From an uncultured Pseudomonadota bacterium (lineage in GTDB: Bacteria > Pseudomonadota > Alphaproteobacteria > Rs-D84), in assembly GCA_902788485.1 (NCBI GenBank), contig CADAKI010000002.1, positions 25,205 through 89,204 on the forward strand: a stretch of 64,000 bases of DNA, read 5' to 3'. Below the pieces are notes generated by a model, which had not been told where the DNA came from, searched no databases, and saw only the letters and a program-made list of their open reading frames with translations. Shown one piece after another: positions 28,122 to 36,492 of this stretch. Within the stretch, counting starts at the first letter, position 1, and each line of letters starts with the position of its first letter. Position numbers and translations under genes: made by a program.

Positions 28122-28449
28122 TTTTGCGTGCAGTGTTTTCTATTATTTCCATGGCGCCACCCCATAAATACGCATCGTGATTTTCCGACCATATATATTG
28201 GTGTGGTGCGCGTCGCCGGTCGCCATATTTTTTCATAACCCGTAATTGTTCATCGGTCAACCGTCCCGCCAAATACAGTTTTGTAATCATTGTTTCCACA
28301 TCCAACAATTCGCACACACGACGCGTCCCCGCCTGATGATTTTGTGTAATGCCCGTTTGCACAGATTTTGAATAAATAAACCAAAACCACATCTGTTCTG
28401 CATTGTGAAATTTTTCCAAATTATCATTGATGTTTTTTACAGTATTCAT
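28105..28449 (-). CDS. hypothetical protein (114 aa), operonic partner of the YiiX-like gene
   Basis: 17-nt overlap with the downstream gene. No recognisable motifs beyond a possible helix-turn-helix-like segment. Confidence 0.4.
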   Translation of the reverse strand: MNTVKNINDNLEKFHNAEQMWFWFIYSKSVQTGITQNHQAGTRRVCELLDVETMITKLYLAGRLTDEQLRVMKKYGDRRRAPHQYIWSENHDAYLWGGAMEIIENTARKNGWID

Positions 28450-28613
28450 TTTTTTCTCCTTTTATGTTGTTTATTTTATAAATCAAATCCGGAACATTTG
28501 CCAAATATTACAACCCGCGGTTGAAGTTCGAATCGAGAATTATATTGTTTAGCAATATTTTCCTATTTTTATTCGAATCGACGCATGTTCTCGTTTTTTG
28601 ATTTATGATTTAT

Positions 28614-28654
28614 TTAATAAAAAAACACACATCTTTCGATGTGTGTTTTTCATT
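28614..28654 (-). terminator. rho-independent terminator of the virB8-B9-B10 operon (AACACACATC-tttc-GATGTGTGTT + T-run on the minus strand)
   Basis: Perfect 10-bp stem. On the minus strand a T7 tract follows it. It sits 25 nt after the virB10 stop. Confidence 0.65.
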
Positions 28655-28678
28655 GCACATTTCACCACGCGGGGTAAA

Positions 28679-31108
28679 TCAATTAACCTCGAACGGTGGG
28701 AAACAATCGCCACTGCCCGCCGGGCAACACGCAAATGGGTATTCCGAATCAGGTCCCATTTCCGTATATGTTTCGCCTGTACAGCATCCATTTGCATCGG
28801 GGGCCGTGCCATCTTCGCACAATAATGTGCCAACCGCATTTGTGCCCGCCGCCGGTTTTGGCTGATTAAATGGATTTATGATATTGTCATTTTCATCATA
28901 TTTTAATCCCAAAACCTGTTCATTATACGCCTTGGTTTGTTCTTCTGTTCGATTATCGGTGGTTCCGTATGTGTTTTGGAATGCCTGTTGTTGACTGTTA
29001 TAATATGCATCCTGTTTTGCCATATTAATTGCGGTATAATTTTTGGCCTGACAATACGCCAACACCGTTCTGTAATCGTATCCTGCGTTTGAAATTTCCA
29101 ACGCTTTATTTGAATCTGCGGTCCATACCCCTTTGGAATCTTGGGTGCAATATGGATCCAGGTTAAACGCACGAACTTGTCCAATCCATGAAGAATCTGT
29201 TTTATCAACAGTCATTTTATTTTTTACATCTTTCCACTCGCGCCGTTGTTGTTCGCTGTATTTTTCAAAAGCACATTTTTTGCCCGCATTTGGCCCTTTA
29301 GGGTCGCCACATGTTGCGATTAAATCAACAGGTGAATAAACGGTAATACGTGTTCCGGCGGCAATCGAAAATGGCGGCACGGTATTATCCAATGCATCAA
29401 CCATCAATTTTTGCGCAACCTTGTTCCATGCGGAAATAACCTCGTTCTTGGCCAATTCAGACGACCGCACAGTTCCCGATTGCACAACCGTGTTATTGTC
29501 CAAATCAATTTGATTTACAAATGTATCGGCAATTGGCGCAATCATATTTACCGCCGCCGGAATCACCGCCGTCAACAATGGCATAACCATTTGTTCGATA
29601 TAATCGGTACTGCCGTATCCGGGGACACCGACACGACCCTGGGAATCCGCGGAATACGGATCCTGGTCTTCGTCTTTGAAATTGAATTCGACGCCATCTG
29701 GACGAATAAATTGATACCATTTAATTTCCATACGTCCAATAGATTTATACGGCCCCGGCAAATTACCACGCAAATATCCCAATAATAATGTTCCGGTTGG
29801 AATAATGACCGTGCGTCCATTATCAGAATAAACATTTCTGTCCACCGTTGCACGAACCGGAATACCACTGCCGCCCTTGCAGTTACCGTCGTTATCGCAA
29901 TCATACACGGATGGGTCGGCACGAACCTCGGATACAATGGTTGCCGGAATTGGTTTGAATTGACGTAATATAAATGTGCGGTCGTACGGCATACTGGAAT
30001 ATACAGATTCCCCACCGCTTGCGGACCCTTTTAAAGATTCTGTATTTACTGTATTTGCCACAAAATTCATACCACTTTCATTTGGTTTCATTGTCTTTTT
30101 CAAATTATTCATCCCTTTGGGGGTGTATCCATCGCTTGCCGCCGGGCGCGTTGAAACACCGGTCGATTTTGAACGCAGGTTTGGCACCACATTTGTCGAT
30201 GTTGTGCGATGATCGGCATCGGTTCCAATCTTTGTCCGGCCGTCGATACTTGTAATAATGCCGGTATCCGGATTATAAACACCGGTTGGATTATTGCATT
30301 CCGTATCAGAAAACGGATGAAATTCATATCGACCCGATTTCGGTTTTATCCAACCAATTTGCACACCCGACATATTATATCCAGGCATCGCAAAATCAGA
30401 ACATTTTTCCGGTGCGCGCCGACGTGGTGCGGGGGCAGGTGTGGGTAAATTGTCTTCGAAAATATTTTTTTCGCCACCAACAATCGGTTCGGGCGTATCA
30501 AAATAATCGTCATCGTTAAAATCGTTATCATCGGCAACAATGTCGTCTTCAACAGGCGAGGGTGCAGGTTCCGGTTTCGATTCTGTTTTTTGTTTTTGGA
30601 TGTTGCCTGTGGCACTGACCGGGATAACAATTTTTGATGTTTGTAAATTTGTATCGCGCGAATCGTTTTTATCAAACCATTCAATCAACAATGTGACATC
30701 GCCCGCCACGTCCGTCGTGCCCGGGGTGAACGTCACATCCACAGAACACGGAATATCTTTATTTACCGGTTGATTCGTGCATCCCGCGGTATTCGCCGAA
30801 AATCCCGGTATAGAATTTTCCACACTGACCGAATCAACAATTGCATCATGGGTTGCATTTATACGAAAAACCTGGGTGCGTTTTGTCCCGATTTTAGTAT
30901 TTAAAAAATCTACATTGTTTGGTGTGACAGTCAATGTGATATCATACCCCGTATCCACAACCGGCGTCGGATTCTTGTTCGACCGCCCAATCAATAACAC
31001 CAACAATATCAACACAACAACAAATGCCGCAATCATCAACAGCCAACGAACCGCGGTTGGTGTCGTATCCAATGTTGATTTTATTTTATCTCTCATCGTA
31101 TTTGCCAT
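28679..31108 (-). CDS. virB10: VirB10/TrbI-family T4SS protein with N-terminal beta-rich domain, Pro-rich linker and ~200 aa Cys-rich C-terminal extension
   Basis: Cytoplasmic N-terminus plus TM (LLMIAAFVVVLILLVLLI). Pro-rich segment PEPAPSPV...PTPAPAP. Conserved VirB10 C-terminal barrel motifs (RTVIIPTGTLLLGYLRGNL; ...TRITVYSPVDL). The 809-aa length is about twice that of canonical VirB10. Confidence 0.7.
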   Translation of the reverse strand: MANTMRDKIKSTLDTTPTAVRWLLMIAAFVVVLILLVLLIGRSNKNPTPVVDTGYDITLTVTPNNVDFLNTKIGTKRTQVFRINATHDAIVDSVSVENSIPGFSANTAGCTNQPVNKDIPCSVDVTFTPGTTDVAGDVTLLIEWFDKNDSRDTNLQTSKIVIPVSATGNIQKQKTESKPEPAPSPVEDDIVADDNDFNDDDYFDTPEPIVGGEKNIFEDNLPTPAPAPRRRAPEKCSDFAMPGYNMSGVQIGWIKPKSGRYEFHPFSDTECNNPTGVYNPDTGIITSIDGRTKIGTDADHRTTSTNVVPNLRSKSTGVSTRPAASDGYTPKGMNNLKKTMKPNESGMNFVANTVNTESLKGSASGGESVYSSMPYDRTFILRQFKPIPATIVSEVRADPSVYDCDNDGNCKGGSGIPVRATVDRNVYSDNGRTVIIPTGTLLLGYLRGNLPGPYKSIGRMEIKWYQFIRPDGVEFNFKDEDQDPYSADSQGRVGVPGYGSTDYIEQMVMPLLTAVIPAAVNMIAPIADTFVNQIDLDNNTVVQSGTVRSSELAKNEVISAWNKVAQKLMVDALDNTVPPFSIAAGTRITVYSPVDLIATCGDPKGPNAGKKCAFEKYSEQQRREWKDVKNKMTVDKTDSSWIGQVRAFNLDPYCTQDSKGVWTADSNKALEISNAGYDYRTVLAYCQAKNYTAINMAKQDAYYNSQQQAFQNTYGTTDNRTEEQTKAYNEQVLGLKYDENDNIINPFNQPKPAAGTNAVGTLLCEDGTAPDANGCCTGETYTEMGPDSEYPFACCPAGSGDCFPPFEVN

Positions 31109-31137
31109 AATTATCTATCCATTTTTTTGTGATAAAA

Positions 31138-32673
31138 TTATTGGATTCTGACCACACGACATCCCGAAACCTGGAATTTCATCAGTTTATCACATAATGT
31201 TTGTGCCTCGTCGATATCCGCCAATGGACCAATGCGCAAACGATACATAGTTGCCGACGATACACCCGAACCCAAATCGCCCACACCTTCGGTGTCAATC
31301 GCAAAGAACACTTTGTTTTGATATGGAGTCAAAATTCCGGCACCACCATCGCCACTGAATTTAACCAATAAATCGTTCCAATATTCTTCCAATGCTTTTG
31401 GTGATCTATCAGACGCAAATTCCACCGCCACACCCGATTGATTTGATTTTATCAACGGAATATTTGATTGTGGCAGGTACGAACCGGCGGTATCCCGTGC
31501 GGTTGGAATCATTGTTGTGCCACCCGATGTGGCACCCCCAGACATTGGCACCGCCCCCGGCATATTCATTTGTGCATTACCATATCCCGCCGGCATATAA
31601 GCACCGGTTGCCATTGGATTTTGTACATTTGACATATACATCGGTGTTGCGGTGTAATCCATTGCACCGCCATACATCGCCGACATATCTGCATCATACG
31701 CAATATTATTTAATGATTGCCCAGACATCATGCTTTGCGCAACATTTGCCTCGGCCAACGCCATAACCGACGCGGTATCCGCAATCAAGAACGGCTTTTC
31801 ACGTTTTTTAATACAAACAATGCGTTGACCACTGCGTAAAACCATATCGCCCACGGCCTCGACAATTAATAATCTGCCGTCTTGGCCATCGGTGCGGAAA
31901 CCAACCGGGGATTCGCCACCTTCTATCAACAAAGACACCACAGGACGTTGAGTCATGGCAATAACTTTATCGCCAAAATCAATGTATGTAAATATTTTGT
32001 CGCGCCACACGCGTTCCGGCGCAATTACATAATCGTCCGGGTTTGGAACGAAAATATCCAAATCAAAACGGAATTCAGACGGGTCGATTTTCATCGATTT
32101 TATCCACGCATAATCTTCGCCATCAACACCAATGGTATTGGTGGTTGGTGCCGCTTTGCGGAATATAGAATTCATCCCACCGGATTGGCGTTGTGTGGCA
32201 GGTGTTGCATTTGCAATTGTTGCGCCATTGTCCAAAACAACATCCACCTGGGAATAAGAAATTTCATTTGCATCGACGGTGCCTGGACTGGACAAATAGA
32301 ATATGTATTTATTTCCCGATTGTCCCGTCACAATCATGTTGGTGTCCGATTCTGATGCTTCGATGGGGGTGATGTAAAAAGTACGATCGCCCTGGGTTGC
32401 CTCGATTTGATACAAAGATTGGTCGCCAACAACCGCATCGGCAATTTGTTCGCCATTTGGCAATGTTACCATCGTCACCATACCATTACGCAACTTTAAT
32501 GGCAAAACCGTTCCGGTTGACCACCCCAGTTGTGCATATCCAGGTTTTGTACTGCCGGTGGCCATGTTTGCCGTTGGGTTTTCCCATGCGCGTTGCACCA
32601 CGGCATTTGCGATGTCAACGGACATCAAAAACAAACAAGAAACAATTCCGTTGATTTTCAAAAACTTTAACAT
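31138..32673 (-). CDS. virB9: VirB9/CagX-family T4SS protein fused to a Met/Gly/Tyr-rich linker and a C-terminal SPOR domain
   Basis: Signal peptide. VirB9 N- and C-domain beta-sandwich regions (FYITPIE..., TDGQDGRLLIVEAVGDMVLRSGQRIVCI). A low-complexity region rich in M, G, A and Y. Terminal ~75 aa (…YRLRIGPLADIDEAQTLCDKL…CRVVRIQ) is SPOR-like. Confidence 0.65.
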   Translation of the reverse strand: MLKFLKINGIVSCLFLMSVDIANAVVQRAWENPTANMATGSTKPGYAQLGWSTGTVLPLKLRNGMVTMVTLPNGEQIADAVVGDQSLYQIEATQGDRTFYITPIEASESDTNMIVTGQSGNKYIFYLSSPGTVDANEISYSQVDVVLDNGATIANATPATQRQSGGMNSIFRKAAPTTNTIGVDGEDYAWIKSMKIDPSEFRFDLDIFVPNPDDYVIAPERVWRDKIFTYIDFGDKVIAMTQRPVVSLLIEGGESPVGFRTDGQDGRLLIVEAVGDMVLRSGQRIVCIKKREKPFLIADTASVMALAEANVAQSMMSGQSLNNIAYDADMSAMYGGAMDYTATPMYMSNVQNPMATGAYMPAGYGNAQMNMPGAVPMSGGATSGGTTMIPTARDTAGSYLPQSNIPLIKSNQSGVAVEFASDRSPKALEEYWNDLLVKFSGDGGAGILTPYQNKVFFAIDTEGVGDLGSGVSSATMYRLRIGPLADIDEAQTLCDKLMKFQVSGCRVVRIQ

Positions 32674-32697
32674 ACTTCCTTCCTTTTTATTTTGTTT

Positions 32698-33420
32698 TTA
32701 TAACTCGTCTGCTTGGCGTGTCCAATTCAGTGGGTCATTTTGTTCCAAATCTAAAACATTTCCGGCGGCATCAATAACATTATAATCACTGATGCGAAAA
32801 CCCAATGGGTTTTCCATGCGTTCCGCCCACCGAACCGCATTTCCGGCGTTTGATTCCAATTTTACACGCAATTTATATGGTTTGCGATATTCCATATCCC
32901 CCAGTGGTCCATAATTACACACATATGTAAATGTCACGATATATGTATCTGCATCGCGTGAATTTACATCGTTTACGACCGATAACCGACCCGCCGGATA
33001 TTCAACAGCACAACTGATATCAAATGCCTCGTCCAAATCTTGGCGAATGATGTTCACCATGTCTGTCATAACAAATTTTCCAAAAACCGCATCTGTGGAC
33101 CGGGTTTTGATAACGCCGTCATCGCTGTATGCCCATTTTTCGCGCATTTTAGATACATCGGGCACAATTTCATTTCGTTCACGAACATATTCGCGAATAA
33201 ATTGATGTTTATACGCATCCAGGTTGTCCGTCGGCATCTCGGTCAGTGTCAATTCTTTGTCACGAATATTTTGTGTGGTCAAGAAAAACACCTGGGGACG
33301 ATTTAATGGGAACATTTTATCCAATGTCCAAACCAAAACCCCCAGCACGACCAACGCCGTTGCCATAACCAAGGTCATTAATCTAGATATCAAAACTGGC
33401 GGTTCTATGCGTTCTGGCAC
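32698..33420 (-). CDS. virB8: VirB8-family T4SS protein (GTG start)
   Basis: Bitopic topology with a periplasmic NTF2-like domain. It is the first gene of the B8-B9-B10 operon. A GGGGGAG RBS lies 8 nt before the GTG. Confidence 0.65.
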   Translation of the reverse strand: MPERIEPPVLISRLMTLVMATALVVLGVLVWTLDKMFPLNRPQVFFLTTQNIRDKELTLTEMPTDNLDAYKHQFIREYVRERNEIVPDVSKMREKWAYSDDGVIKTRSTDAVFGKFVMTDMVNIIRQDLDEAFDISCAVEYPAGRLSVVNDVNSRDADTYIVTFTYVCNYGPLGDMEYRKPYKLRVKLESNAGNAVRWAERMENPLGFRISDYNVIDAAGNVLDLEQNDPLNWTRQADEL

Positions 33421-33446
33421 AGGTTTTCTCCCCCTTTTATTAAATG

Positions 33447-33476
33447 ATTGTAGAAAAAATATTTATATATACGCAA
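33447..33476 (-). promoter_or_regulatory. candidate virB operon promoter TTGCGT-18-TACAAT (minus strand)
   Basis: The -35 lies inside the left arm of a 12-bp inverted repeat (ACGCAAGTAAAA, 33471-33482). The -10 is about 26 nt before the GTG. Confidence 0.3.
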
Positions 33477-33567
33477 GTAAAAAACGATATAACAATGGTA
33501 AAAAAATTTGTTGTGCAAAAATTGTACTTTGAACTTTGTAAATTGAATTTTGATATAAAGATTTTAC

Positions 33568-33596
33568 TTGCGTTAAAATATTTAAATCTTTATAAT
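33568..33596 (+). promoter_or_regulatory. candidate promoter TTGCGT-17-TATAAT for tRNA-Trp-secE-nusG
   Basis: The -35 lies inside the right arm of the inverted repeat (TTTTACTTGCGT, 33562-33573). The -10 is about 79 nt before the tRNA. Confidence 0.35.
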
Positions 33597-33674
33597 ATTT
33601 TCGCTTGATTTTTGCCAATGTTGTGCTAGCCTTGGCAAGAATATCGATTGTATCGTGCGCAACAGGTATGCCAC

Positions 33675-33748
33675 AGGGGCTTAGTTCAACGGTAGAATAT
33701 CGGTCTCCAAAACCGCGGATGAGGGTTCGATTCCTTCAGCCCCTGCCA
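33675..33748 (+). tRNA. trnW: tRNA-Trp (anticodon CCA)
   Basis: Cloverleaf with a 7-bp acceptor stem AGGGGCT/AGCCCCT, anticodon loop CT-CCA-AA, TPsiC arm GGTTCGATTCC and 3' CCA. Near-identical in outline to known tRNA-Trp and in the conserved position before secE. Confidence 0.9.
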
Positions 33749-33786
33749 AAGAAATAACTCTTGGAACCTGGTGATATAATTGGTAT

Positions 33787-33996
33787 ATGTCTGGACAAAA
33801 AAACAAGTGGCGACTTATGAAAAAAGTATTTGAATATATAAAATCTGTTCGCAGCGAATGGTTCAAAATTGTATGGCCGTCGCGCGATACTGTTGTTCGT
33901 TCAACCATAATGATTTTGATTTTTTCTGGGTTGGCGGCGTTGTTTTTCTTTGTTATCGACAGTATTTTAAACGCATTGGTAAATTGGATTTTCTAA
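33787..33996 (+). CDS. secE: preprotein translocase subunit SecE
   Basis: EWxKVxWPSRxE-like motif (EWFKIVWPSRDTVV) and a single C-terminal TM. Confidence 0.85.
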   Translation: MSGQKNKWRLMKKVFEYIKSVRSEWFKIVWPSRDTVVRSTIMILIFSGLAALFFFVIDSILNALVNWIF

Positions 33997-34024
33997 CCGT
34001 TAAACACCAAAGGGGTACACTAAA

Positions 34025-34558
34025 ATGGAAGATAAAATGCAATGGTTTGTTGTAAATGTTCATACCGGCGCCGAAGACAAAGTCGCCCGTCAGTTGCGTG
34101 AACAAATTGATAAACGTCGTTTAAATGCATATTTTGGTGAAATTTTGGTTCCCACGCGTGAGGTTGCGGAAATCAAGGGCGGAAAACGTGTTGTTTCTGA
34201 ACGGAAATTCTTTCCGGGCTATATCGTTGTTCAAATGGTTTTGAATAATGAAACATTTTCTTTGATTAAATTGATGCCGTTGGTTGTGATGTTTTTGGGT
34301 GCAAAAAACAAACCAATTCCGGTCACCGAAGAAGAAGCCCGCCGTCTGTTAAAACAGGTCGAAGAAGGTTCCAAGGTACCCGAAGATATTATTTATGAAA
34401 AAGGTCAAGAAGTTCATGTTATCGATGGCCCATTTGCGGGTTTCAATGGTATTATATCCGAGGCCGATAATTTGAAACAAAAAATGAATGTGACGGTTTT
34501 GGTGTTTGGGCGTGAAACCGGTATGGAATTGGACTTTGCCCAGGTCGAAAGAGTTTAG
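34025..34558 (+). CDS. nusG: transcription termination/antitermination factor NusG
   Basis: NGN domain (WFVVNVHTG) and KOW domain (GQEVHVIDGPFAGFNGII). Confidence 0.9.
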   Translation: MEDKMQWFVVNVHTGAEDKVARQLREQIDKRRLNAYFGEILVPTREVAEIKGGKRVVSERKFFPGYIVVQMVLNNETFSLIKLMPLVVMFLGAKNKPIPVTEEEARRLLKQVEEGSKVPEDIIYEKGQEVHVIDGPFAGFNGIISEADNLKQKMNVTVLVFGRETGMELDFAQVERV

Positions 34559-34667
34559 TTTGGGTGTTCCAAACTGAAAAAAAACGCGGGAAACCGCGAC
34601 AAACCCGTGGCAGATGGCCATATCGTACCACGGAAATTACTTAAAAATAACAAAAAGGTAAAACAAA

Positions 34668-35099
34668 ATGGCAAAAAAAGAAGTAAAAAGTCTTGTAAAG
34701 TTGGTTGTTCCGGCCAAGCAAGCAAACCCAGCGCCACCGATTGGGCCGGCATTGGGTGCGGCGGGTGTGAATATCGCCGAATTCTGCAAACAATTTAATG
34801 ACAAAACGGCTGATAAAAAACCTGGGATGCCAATTCCATGTATAATTACCGTTTATACAGACCGCAGTTTCGAATTTATCATGAAATTGCCACCTGTGTC
34901 ATATTATATCAAAGAAGCATTAAAGTTGAAATCTGGTTCGCATAAACCGGGTCGTGAATTTGTTGGGACATTGAACAAATCACAAATCAAAGAAATTGCT
35001 GAAAACAAAATGCCTGATTTGAATTGCTCTACCATTGAATCTGCGATGAACATTGTTGCGGGTCAATGCCGTTCTATGGGCGTCAAGGTGGAGGATTAA
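34668..35099 (+). CDS. rplK: 50S ribosomal protein L11
   Basis: [16 protein letters not shown] is the hallmark L11 motif. Confidence 0.95.
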   Translation: MAKKEVKSLVKLVVPAKQANPAPPIGPALGAAGVNIAEFCKQFNDKTADKKPGMPIPCIITVYTDRSFEFIMKLPPVSYYIKEALKLKSGSHKPGREFVGTLNKSQIKEIAENKMPDLNCSTIESAMNIVAGQCRSMGVKVED

Positions 35100-35101
35100 T
35101 C

Positions 35102-35776
35102 ATGAAACAGACAAAAAGACAAAAAAATTTATCCGCATTGGATAAAGAAAAGGTTTATACAATTTCTGATGCGATTGATGCATTGCGTCCATATTGTTCA
35201 TCTAAATTTGACGAAACATTGGAAATCGCAATCCGTTTGGGTATTGATGTGACCAAAAACGATCAAAATATCCGTGGGATGTTGTCTTTGCCAAACGGAA
35301 CCGGTAAAACCGTTCGTGTTGCTGTATTCACAGAAAACAGCCAAGACGAAGCCAAAAAGGCCGGTGCCGATGTTGTTGGTGGCGAAGATTTAATCGCACG
35401 TGTTGCGGACGGTAATGTTGATTTTGACCGTGTTATTGCAACACCGGATATGATGCCAAAGATGTCACGCGTTGCACGTGTTTTGGGACCAAAAGGTTTG
35501 ATGCCGAATCCGAAATTGGGAACGGTCACAACCAATGTTGCCGATGCGGTTAAAACCGCCAAGGCGGGTCAAATTGAATACCGTGCCGACAAAAATGGTA
35601 TTATCCACGCAGGCATTGGCAAAATGTCTTTTGCGACGGAAAAATTGGTCGAAAACGCGAACGCATTGATTGATCAATTGAAAAAGGTTAAACCTGCGTC
35701 ATCCAAGGGTCAATACATCTTGGGATGCAGTGTTGCAACAACCCAAGGCCCAGGCCTGAAAATTGACGCAAAATAA
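35102..35776 (+). CDS. rplA: 50S ribosomal protein L1
   Basis: L1 family (GMLSLPNGTGKTVRVAVF). The start is set at the ATG preceded by a GGAGGA RBS, overlapping the rplK stop region. The track ORF begins further upstream in frame. Confidence 0.9.
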   Translation: MKQTKRQKNLSALDKEKVYTISDAIDALRPYCSSKFDETLEIAIRLGIDVTKNDQNIRGMLSLPNGTGKTVRVAVFTENSQDEAKKAGADVVGGEDLIARVADGNVDFDRVIATPDMMPKMSRVARVLGPKGLMPNPKLGTVTTNVADAVKTAKAGQIEYRADKNGIIHAGIGKMSFATEKLVENANALIDQLKKVKPASSKGQYILGCSVATTQGPGLKIDAK

Positions 35777-35793
35777 TATTTCAAGGTTTATAT

Positions 35794-35836
35794 GTGCAAA
35801 GTTTGAACTTTGAACTTTGAACTTTGCACTTTGAAC
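35794..35836. repeat. GTGCAAAGTT-(TTTGAAC)n-AACTTTGCAC hairpin / tandem heptamer repeat between rplA and rplJ
   Basis: Five tandem heptamers (4x TTTGAAC, 1x TTTGCAC) inside a 10-bp inverted repeat. A related copy occurs at 33513-33555. Confidence 0.6.
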
Positions 35837-35986
35837 CACAGCTTTCTGTCCGTGACTGATGGTGTGCAAATGCACTTAATTCCCATCATAGACAAAGAAA
35901 TTTCTTTGGGGCAGGAAAACAAGAGCCCCACCCATGAACAACATGGATGGATATGTTAAACAAAATGAAGAAGTAAGGGTATATAG

Positions 35987-36466
35987 ATGAGACGCGAAGA
36001 AAAATCAGATCTGATTTCAGCGTTGCAGTCGTCCTTGAAATCTGCAAACGGTGTTTTCGTTATTGAAAACCATGGTTTGACAGTGCGCGAAATGGAAACA
36101 TTACGTAATGAATTGCGTCCATTGGTGTCATTGTTCAAAGTTGTCAAAAACCGTTTGATGAAATTGGCTTTGGCCGACACAGATTTCGCACCTGTATCTG
36201 ACATGATGAAACGTCCAACGGCGGTTGCAATCGCAACAGACGCATTGGCGGTCACCAAGGTTTTGGCCAAATTTGCCGATGAACATCCAAATTTGACAAT
36301 CGTTGGTGGAAAAATGGATGCAGATGTTTTGGGTGTGAACGACATTGTGCAATTATCCAAGCTTCCTTCCCTGTTGGAAGTTCGCGGTACAATCGCGCGT
36401 ATCTTGGTCGAACCTGCATCGCGCTTGGCACGTGTTTCCGCAGAGTATGGAAAAAAAGAAAATTAA
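35987..36466 (+). CDS. rplJ: 50S ribosomal protein L10
   Basis: L10 family; position upstream of rplL. Confidence 0.9.
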   Translation: MRREEKSDLISALQSSLKSANGVFVIENHGLTVREMETLRNELRPLVSLFKVVKNRLMKLALADTDFAPVSDMMKRPTAVAIATDALAVTKVLAKFADEHPNLTIVGGKMDADVLGVNDIVQLSKLPSLLEVRGTIARILVEPASRLARVSAEYGKKEN

Positions 36467-36492
36467 AATAAAACTCAAGTAAGGAGTAAAAA

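Noticed and set aside
33613-33640. TTGCCAA-N13-TTGGCAA palindrome, considered as a sigma-54 (-24/-12) element
   Set aside because: It lacks the GG-N10-GC spacing (TGGCAC-N5-TTGC) of RpoN promoters. Probably an incidental palindrome or an ordinary operator.
35794-35836. Heptamer tandem repeat considered as a CRISPR array
   Set aside because: The repeat unit is only 7 nt with no spacers, and there are no cas genes. It is a microsatellite/hairpin, not CRISPR.
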